A stretch of DNA of 64,000 nt from Paragordius varius. Taxonomy: Eukaryota; Animalia; Nematomorpha. Location of the stretch: assembly GCA_964247055.1 (NCBI GenBank), contig OZ176055.1:2108001-2172000 (forward strand), read 5' to 3'. The position numbers and the translations under genes are program-made. Of this stretch, positions 56,301 through 64,000 are shown piece by piece; positions within the stretch are counted from its first letter, which is position 1; every line of letters begins with the position of its first letter. Below the pieces are notes generated by a model that was not told where the DNA came from, made no database searches, and saw only the letters and a program-made list of their open reading frames with translations.

Positions 56301-59300
56301 TATCTATACTTAAATCGAAATAATAATAACAACAATAATAAAGGTAATTTAACTTTTTTTACATGGAAAAATTAATTAGGCATAAAATTAATAAAAGTCT
56401 AAATTTTTTAATATAGATTCACAATTTAAAGTTAAAAAACTGTCATTTTTATAATCTGGCCATAATTTTATTCCTTATTTTTTATATACTCAACATGATT
56501 AGATTGTTTACGGGTTAAAAAATATATTTAGTGCGTACCTTAAAACAATATTAAATTTTGGATATTAAGAAATTTCAGATTACTTTTTAAGGTGGTGATT
56601 CATATTAAAATATTTAATCTAATTTACATAATGTTTAAGCCTTTTATGATTTGAATTCTGTAGTAAACATTTTAATGTCCATTATTAATTATTTTTGCAT
56701 ATTTTAGAATTTTTCAAATCCGAAATTTTTATTTATCTAATTATTTAAGATTTAGTCAACAAACAAATCAATATTTCGATCGACGATTCCGAATCATCAA
56801 GTGATGGAGTTATCATTAAGCCAAATGCGTAAAATATTTTACATAACTTATTTTTTCACTAAATTTCTAAATCAACGTTAACTATGGTATACATATTTTA
56901 TTTTAAATCAAATGTAGTTTTTTAGTTAAAAAAGTTAAATAATTGGCATATAATGTATCATATTTAACGTTTACAATTTGGAAAGAGTTTTTTTAAACGT
57001 ATGAAAATATAATTTTTAAAACACAATTAATTTTTTACTTAAATTTAAATGCCCACCCAGATTGCTAAATAAAAACGGGCCTTCCCCCTCAGCTTATAAT
57101 AAAAATACACCATCTTCATCACATTATCATCAAACTGCAAATGGTTCCTCTACAGTTACATCCAACACGCAAAATGTCAAGAATAATTTCTGTAATGATG
57201 ATAATTGTAAAACAGAAATTACAGAAGAAGAAACCATAACCACAACAGTTGAGGAATGGACAAAAAGGTATAAAAAATCTGGCGCGGCCCCCACCATCAT
57301 CACCCCGGTAAATGGAGGAGGAACTTCAAAGAATCCAGGCAATGCCCATACAAACATGGTTGATAGCCATACGGATATGAGTCCCTTATTTTTGGCTAAA
57401 TCTAATACTAATAATAATAATCCATTTATCACAACTAATTTACACCTGGAAGAAATGGATAGGGAGGAAGAAAATTTACATTTTTTTGACATGGCGTCGG
57501 AAATTAAGAATCATCATTGTACAAATAGCTCACAGAATACAACAACGGCCGCTAATAACACATCAAATAAAGCATTTGCCTCAAAACTACCCAACATTAA
57601 CCGTCGATCGGCATCTACAGTTGGGAGCGTATTAAAACACCCCTCTTCTAAAACAGCTGGCCCAAGACCGGAAATGGAAACTGCTTTAGACAGAAACTTT
57701 GCAACAGAGACTGAGTCCCAACAAAAACCTAATAGATATGTTAAAAATAACCCGATAGGTTCTACACATTATTACCCATCGACAAATATAACGAGTAATA
57801 CTGGACCAGCCTACCAAAAAATTCAAAAACAGCTGCAAACACAAAATCATAATATAAACTTGCATAATACTAATTTGATTAGGAAAGAAAGTTTGACAAA
57901 TAATAGTTTCAATCTTAAAACAAAACCGGTCAAACTTTCATCCTCTGTATCAGACAACCTATCTAATTCAAATACAACCACGAGCTCGAATGATAGTGCC
58001 AGCAGTCAGGATTCATCTTTTATGTCGGATGAGGATAAAAATCCAACCAACAATACAAATAGCAACAATGTTATCAAAAAGAAATTTAATTTTCGTACTA
58101 CCAAAAAGCATGAAATAGCCAAGAATGAAGCATGGCCCGCTATCACACAAATTCAACAATCGCCCAAAGAAAACGGTGGTGGCGGCAAGTCAGGTCTTAA
58201 GAAAGGTTTAAGTCGATTATCTAGCTCTTCATTCAGTGAACTTATAAATCCGTTTGCTTTTTCCAACCCATTTGATCGAAAGAGTGAAACTACCACAGCG
58301 AATAAGAAGGCGGAAAAAAGCGTGAATGGTATTACTTACATTAAAATTTTTACACTAATGAATTTAAAATATAAGGCATATCATATGGATTTTTGATTTA
58401 GACTACTATTTTTTTACAATTTTAGGGATATTTCAAATTTTTTACATATATATTTAGATTATTTAATCAACGATCCCATATTTAACAACCCTCTTATTAA
58501 AATTATTTGCTAAAAACATGAATATATGGTTGATAAAAATTACAATTATTTAGATTTTAATTTAGTGTTTTTTATTTGAAAACTTATCAATTTTATAAAT
58601 ATATAAAAATATTTAATCAATTTGTGTTTTAGAAACGGAAAGTCGACCATTGTCTCACACAAGTTCGAATTCAGAACCAAGAATTAATGATGAAAAACAT
58701 TATTATTTTGGTATATATATTTAACATATAAATATTTTTAATCCTTGAAGTAATTTTTATAAATTAAAATTATACGGACAAAACGTAAAAATATAAAAAC
58801 AAATATTTTTGCTAAAAGACAACCTCATACTTTTTTAAACCTCAATATTTTCTAATTTAAGCTATTTAATTACATATGTAAAATTTATTTTATTATGTTT
58901 TGTCAATATATATCTTTATTGTCGTTTTAACAATGAGAACTATTTTTTAAAATATATGTTTTAAAAATTATGGTTGTCCTTTAGAAAAAAAAATTTGTCT
59001 TTATATTTTTACATTTTGTCCGTATACTTTAAATTTTTACTGTATATTTATTTTGTAGAACGAAAAGTTGATTCAACCGGTGAAAATATTTTAATACAAC
59101 AGGAGGTATGTCTTGTTTAATTACTGTATCTTGAAATAGTGCATTAGTTTTTTTAATCAAAAAATTATATCAATTAATGTCAAAAAACCCAAAATATCAA
59201 AAAAATATTACAAAAAATTAAAATTTATGGGAAACGGTCTTTTTATAAATGTTTGTAATATGTTTAAAAGAAGAATTCCAAAAGGCATAATTTTGTAATT

Positions 59301-60615
59301 TCCGATAGTAAAAAACATATTCGTGTCTCAATAATTTATCCCTGAAAAAAAATTAAAATTAATAAATCTCATTTTTACAATAAACCATTAATTTATAATA
59401 ATACTAACTAATCTCTCATATATATCTCCTTTTATAGAATTATCATTCTACTACCAGCAACATTAATAATAATGGATTAGAAGAGTATTATGATGAAAAT
59501 GATACAAATAAAAAACAATATAGCGGTCCGACCGTCCCCTTTGGAAATCAAATGAGCCGGATAGCTGCTGAGGCAAGTCATGTCTGTAAGGCTTGGCAAA
59601 GATCTGGACGCTTTCAAAATAACCCTTCCACCACAAAAACTAATGGGACTCAACTAGAAAAACCTCAAAATTTAGTTTTCAATGATGGTGATGCCAAAAA
59701 TAAAAATTTGTGCATGCCTAGTAATAATCTCGATAATATAAACCATTTTTTGAATCAACATCATCAACAACAAAGGAGAAATGTGGGACAAGTAAGTACT
59801 CTAAACGGTGAACAACCAAGCAAAATGGGGGCAGCCGGTGGTGACACTTGGAGCAGTAGGAAAGGTAGGATTATAGCTCTAAAACTTTTAAAAAAATTTG
59901 ATTTAGGGGAAATTTTTTATGATGTTGGTTTTATTCAAATAAGAAGACTTACAAACATTGAAAATAATGAAAACAAACATAAAAGTTAAAGATAAATGTT
60001 ATTTTTTTCGAAAAAAAAACACATTTACAAACCTTGACTCATTCTATAAACCTATCGTTTCTAATATCAATAGGAATATAAATTGACTCAACTTGATTTC
60101 ACACAAGCGTAAAACAGGGATTATACTTTTATTTATGTATTTTGTTCATTATATCTTAGTTTTTACTGTTTTTTCAGATAGTTTATATCCCGAAGAAGTA
60201 GCTAGCTATTCAGAGGCTGAAGGAACTATGCGAGAAAGGAAATATGGTATGTTCAGCATTTTTGTTAAATTAAAAAAAAAGATTTGATATACGAGGTTTT
60301 ATTGGGTTCATTTACCGCTTCTTAATATAATCTGTAAAAAGTTAACACTTGTTTATCACATTAACATAGAATACATCATAAAGTCAAACCTATTTTATAT
60401 ATGGATAGAGTTTGCATTTCCATGTAGATCAAGTTAACGAAATATTTGAATTTATATACATAAATGTTTTGTGAAAATTTTTCCGCGGTTTCATGTTCCA
60501 CTTATAATGAAATATTGAGGTTCTGTTGTTTTAATTCATTCAAAAGTTATTAATAAAATGTTTACCTTTTTAAATTTAATTTTATTGGTTTAAATTCATT
60601 ATTTTAGCTAATTGA
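38355..60615 (+). CDS. Gene 2: giant single-pass type I membrane SEA/EGF protein (mucin or MUA-3/MUP-4/SP63-like membrane-proximal architecture; ~34 exons, ~3,800 aa)
   Basis: Signal peptide MYKANLVVLFTSSLLIYVLIQISPNFICSVAG. Phase-consistent exons include 38355-38867, 39049-39616, 40066-40196, 40275-41377, 41552-41854, 43727-43960, 44528-44846, 44939-46022, 46657-47157, 50947-51555, 51827-51951, 52259-52527, 52914-53069, 53557-53726, 54286-54630, 55207-55568, 57061-58329, 59438-59863 and 60178-60246. The tentative last coding exon 60608-60615 (AN*) is uncertain. Confidence 0.87.
42325..42540. mobile_element. MITE family B copy (degenerate)
   Basis: CAGTAAAAATGGAAG...AAAGACAACCCATAC at the left and AAGTATGGTTTTGTCTTT at the right. 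Weaker relics of the same internal sequence lie near 4370, 13000, 16085, 28600 and 54000-54256. Confidence 0.68.
44018..44190 (+). mobile_element. tRNA-derived SINE-like element (His/Glu/Asp-type tRNA head plus CORE-like body) or tRNA pseudogene
   Basis: A box TGGTATAGTGG and B box GAGTTCGAACC are present, with acceptor-like pairing GCGTGAT/ACTACGC but a broken anticodon stem. They are followed by CTGTCAGCCCTGGGCAGGTGAGCGTTAAAGCCT and an A-rich tail. Confidence 0.7.
47335..47550. mobile_element. MITE family A copy (degenerate)
   Basis: CGAATTCACCTAAAA at the left, core AAAATTAAAATAGTACTGAAATAATAATAAACTATGCC, and AGGGTGAATTTGA at the right. Confidence 0.7.
50698..50865. mobile_element. Small MITE with ~50-bp imperfect TIRs (single copy in the window)
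   Basis: TTTCACAATATACTTGG...GCAACACAGTAGTGTAAGGAA pairs with TTCCATATACTACTGTGTTGCG...CCCAACTATACTGTGAAA, and there is TA on both sides. Confidence 0.72.
52914..53069 (+). CDS. Calcium-binding EGF exon of gene 2
   Basis: [49 protein letters not shown] has the D-I-D-E-C and C-x-N-x-x-G-x-F/Y-x-C cbEGF consensus. Confidence 0.95.
53557..54321 (+). CDS. Juxtamembrane EGF plus transmembrane helix of gene 2 (TM split by an intron)
   Basis: CSDEHCNYHGECRIDRVRNERICECEPWWVGRQCQHSGK-LIAILGGLALALALL|VCLCFPIWLCFA, followed by the basic stop-transfer segment RGRYRRQRTR. Confidence 0.9.
58761..59042. mobile_element. MITE family B copy
   Basis: AAATTAAAATTATACGGACAAAACGTAAAAATATAAA at the left and TTTATATTTTTACATTTTGTCCGTATACTTTAAATTTTTACTG|TA at the right. 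Confidence 0.85.
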
Positions 60616-60714
60616 GTGTTTTCGAGTGGTTTTTTGTGTGATTATGAGCTTGAAATTGTATTTGAAAGCACGCACCGGTTATTTTTTCCTCGGTTTAAAA
60701 CTCATAAAGCTACC

Positions 60715-60745
<31 letters not shown>

Positions 60746-61065
60746 ATTATTTAAATTTTTTAGTGTCCCATGAATCTCAATACAATATATTTGAACAATC
60801 TACGGAATAAGCCAACTTTTATTAAATGAGAAAAAAATTGCCATCAAAACCCAAACCATCTTGTATTAAATGCGCATTTATTTTACTTTTTATCCACATA
60901 TATGAATATTATCCTTATGCAATACATCCTATAACATACCGATTGACTTTAGACTTGTAGTTTTTTTCATTTTTATCCTTAAATTGTGCATTTACCAATA
61001 TTAATTTATATATTTTATTAAATAATTCATGAATCTTTTTATTGAAATAATAGCATAATGTTTTT

Positions 61066-61070
<5 letters not shown>

Positions 61071-61109
<39 letters not shown>
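61071..61109. repeat. (TA)n microsatellite
   Basis: A pure TA run. Shorter runs occur at ~11021-11046 and ~60716-60740. Confidence 0.93.
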
Positions 61110-61111
<2 letters not shown>

Positions 61112-61611
61112 TTGATTATTTCACTACATGGCATTTATTATTCTTACTAGACCAATGATGAAAAAAGTATTCGGTGCTTTTCCAGTTTTTTGACAAATAT
61201 GTCAAATTAAAAAAATATTTAATATTTTATTTTTTAATTCTTTTTACGTTGCGCCAACTTTCATATACATTCCTCAATCAGATCAAACTTTATTGGTTTT
61301 TGTGTGAACTATTTTCACCTTATTTAAAACTATACTGATTCATATATGTTATTATATTTATATATATTAAAATTATGATACTTTTTATTGTTTTTTCCCG
61401 ATCATTGCCAATTTATATGCATAATTTTTTATATTTAGCAATAAATGATATTTTTATACCCATATATTTTAGTCAAAAATCCATAGCTATAATACAGGTG
61501 TACTATAGATCATACGCAATTTAATTTTAAACCGGTGTACGACACGGTTAGTCCTCTAATGTTTCATATGTTCGTATCGGAACAATACAAAACTCATTTA
61601 TCAATTTAATG

Positions 61612-63277
61612 CAGGGCTTCTTAAACTATGGGGTGAGTAGAAAAATTATGGGGTCGCGAGTGATAAAAATACAATTTAACAAAAAATGTTTTTTAACTTG
61701 TAAAATTGTTGTTATAAAGAAAAATAACAATCATCGTAGATAAATATATTATAACATCCTCTGGTTCGAAAAGACTTTATACCAGCATTTCTCCGCTCAT
61801 TATAATCTATATATTTATAAAAATGGAAAATGCTGACTTTGTGATCTGTTTCCGGAAAACCGATAAACCCATTCAAATCCAAATGTCAAAAAATAATCAA
61901 TAATGAACGCCCCGATAATAGCTTTGCCCTTTTTTTTAATTAGGCTCCAAGTTCGGGCCCACCCCCTGAAAAAACGGGGTTTTTTGAAAACAGAAGTCCA
62001 GAAAAATCGTGTCTTTGAGACAATTTTCCAAAAAACGTGCTGGACCATTCAATTTCTAATATGATTATTTTTATTTTTTTTCGATTGCGCCGAACCTAGC
62101 AGGCTTATAATTTAGGCTCTCTTTTTACCCGTTCCCCCCGTAAAATACATTTTTTTTCAAAAAAACTAAATAATTTTTTGCCCAAGGTATGAAACCTTTA
62201 AAATTCACTAAAAATTCGACGTATTCTCTGTTAAAAGGCAAAATTAATCTTCCGTTTTTTATATATTGGCTGCTATGTACACAGATTAAAACTGCGCCAC
62301 TATATTGAAATTGCGTTGTTTTATAGCTAATGTAAAGAAAATTTATTAAGCCATATGAGCTTATTGAAAGCTGCAAATATTACCCGTAACTAGGTAAAAA
62401 TTAAGGTCGGGTTTCTTGTTAGCCTCTAATTTGGGGCCTTTATGCCCTAAAACGCCATCATATAACGATTTAGTCTTAAGGTATTTTTTCGAATAACCCA
62501 TGAGACGATGGTATCAACATGATTCCAAATATTTGCCCTATAAAGGCAAAGAATTTAACTCAGCGCTTTTTCTATATAGGTCCATGGGTAGGGGTCAACC
62601 GGTTTAAAACTGAGACGCCATATAAAATATGAATAATTTTGGAGCTAATTTTCAAAAAACTAAGATGCCATACGAGTTCAGTTAGACACATCTGGGAATT
62701 TGTATAATATTATATTTTCCTATAAAAAGGGACTACATATGTACTATTTATATCCCTTGATCCCTGGTGTATGAACACAATTTCAAATTAAAACTTTTAA
62801 CCATGATTTCTTAAAACGAAAATCTTAAAATAAATCCCATGATGGTTGAATATTAACTTTAATAAGGGACAGATTTATGTTCAATTTTGAATAAACAATA
62901 TTTCAGCCTATGCAAAAGCCCGTAAAAAAATAATTAAAGACATTCTTGTTTATTTTTTTCTTATCTCCATTAACTCTATTTATTGCAAATAATTATTTAG
63001 ATTAATTATCGGTGAGACTACGCCACACCGAAGCGTGACAGGGCTAGCTAGTATCTTGTATAAATTTACTATGAATCAAAAAAAGTTATAGAAATTTATA
63101 AAAAATGTAGATTTATTTTTGTCAATCTTTCAAAAACAAAATCCTGATAAATAATATCAATAAATTTCTAAGTGTTATTTTGAAGAAACTATTATTTTTC
63201 GTTTATATTTGTTGGGGTCGTTAAGAAACTTGCAATCATTAATGGGGTCGGGAACTAAAAAAGTTTAAGAAGCCCTG
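61612..63277. mobile_element. hAT (Buster-type) MITE interrupted by a nested Helentron-like element
   Basis: Perfect 16-bp TIRs CAGGGCTTCTTAAACT ... AGTTTAAGAAGCCCTG, with 8-bp flanks ATTTAATG and ATCTAATG (7/8). The length without the insert is ~400 bp. Confidence 0.88.
61805..63063 (-). mobile_element. Non-autonomous Helentron/Helitron2-like (HINE-type) element, ~1.26 kb, apparently complete
   Basis: On the minus strand the 5' end is TTATACAAGATACTAGCTAGCCCTGTCACGCTTCG and the 3' end is CATTTTCCATTTTTATAAATATATAGAT, with palindrome TTTCCGGAAA ~40 nt upstream. It sits in a T|T site with no TSD. Other copies are at 63294 onward and 23270-23432. The family call rests on terminal-motif resemblance. 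Confidence 0.7.
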
Positions 63278-63293
63278 ATCTAATGTTTACGTT

Positions 63294-64000
63294 TTATACA
63301 AAACTAGCTGGCCCTGTAACGCTTCGCTGTGACGTAGTCTTAACGAGGATTATTCTTAATAATTTGGAATAAATAGAGGTAATGGAGATAAAATAATGAA
63401 AAACATATTAAATAAAAAAATGTCTATAATTATTCTTTTACGGGTTTTTGCATAGGCTCAAATATTGTTTACTCTAAATTAACCATATTTAAACTGTCCC
63501 TAATGAAAATTAATAAATAATCAACTATCATTATATTTAATTTAAGATTTTCGTTTTACGTAATTATGGTTAAAAGTTTTATTTAGAAATTGTGTTCACA
63601 CAGCTGGGATCAAGGGATATAAAAAGTAACTCATTTTTGTTCCCTTTTTAAAGGTAAGAATGATATACAAATTCGCCGAAATGTGTTTAACTAAACTCTT
63701 ATGTCTTCTTAAGTTTTTTAATCAGCTCCAAAACCTCGCCATTTTTGTATGGCGTCTCAGTTTTAAACCGGTAGACCCCTACCCATAGACCTATATGGAA
63801 AAAGCGCTGAGTTAAATTCTTTGCCTTTATAGGGCAAATATTTGGAATCATCTTTGATACCATGGGTTATTCGAAATAATACCTTAACACTAAATAATCG
63901 TTATATAATGGCGTATTTTTAGAGGTATATAGGCCCAAAGTTAACGGCTGATAATAAAAGGCCTGACCTCTTTTATCTGGCGGTATTTCGAGCTTTTAAT
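63294..64000 (+). mobile_element. Second copy of the Helentron-like element (5' part, cut by the window end)
   Basis: It starts TTATACAAAACTAGCTGGCCCTGTAACGCTTCG and is the reverse complement of ~62385-63063, including a perfect 52-bp match (62521-62572 vs 63798-63849). Confidence 0.75.

Noticed and set aside
12523-57492. Minus-strand ORFs such as 12523-12807, 19554-19808, 21464-21790, 27329-27679, 30097-31056, 45654-45890, 51194-51463 and 57130-57492
   Set aside because: They are antisense shadows of + strand exons, with no recognisable motifs or independent splice structure.
61110-61560. Possible further Helentron-like element on the minus strand (5' TTAGAGGACTAACCGTGTCGTACACCGG, ending at a TA tract)
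   Set aside because: There is only a single occurrence and a loose resemblance of termini, so it is not supportable from this window.
913-62376. Short F/I/K/Y-rich ORFs in introns and flanks (913, 2236, 5061, 5270, 8959, 23779, 34499, 54804, 60616, 60915, 61815, 62125)
   Set aside because: These are chance ORFs in AT-rich sequence, MITEs or TA repeats. I saw no transposase, reverse transcriptase or Rep/helicase motifs anywhere in the window.

Overview
This is AT-rich eukaryotic (metazoan, invertebrate-type) genomic DNA, and the species cannot be determined from the window. Almost all of it is taken up by two very large, intron-rich genes in tandem on the + strand, which I assembled by hand from GT-AG boundaries with continuous reading phase. 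Gene 1 (~1516-35600, ~59 exons, ~4,800 aa) encodes a signal peptide, four atypical 4-Cys LDLa modules, ~15-17 SEA-like domains interspersed with EGF-like modules and S/T/N-rich linkers, and two Kunitz domains; I found no transmembrane segment. Gene 2 (~38355-60615, ~34 exons, ~3,800 aa) encodes a signal peptide, ~9 SEA-like domains, several EGF-like modules, an EGF-SEA-cbEGF-EGF-TM membrane-proximal block and a ~950 aa low-complexity cytoplasmic tail. Together they cover much of the domain inventory of MUA-3/MUP-4-type matrix receptors and membrane mucins, but with a large SEA expansion. Introns carry two recurrent TA-flanked MITE families, hAT (Buster/Charlie-type) MITEs, fold-back elements, a tRNA-derived SINE-like element with a CORE-like body and (TA)n tracts. 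The last ~2.4 kb holds a hAT MITE interrupted by a Helentron-like element, with a second head-to-head copy of that element forming a long inverted repeat. Exon counts, protein lengths and domain names come from manual reading and motif recognition, not from HMM or RNA data.
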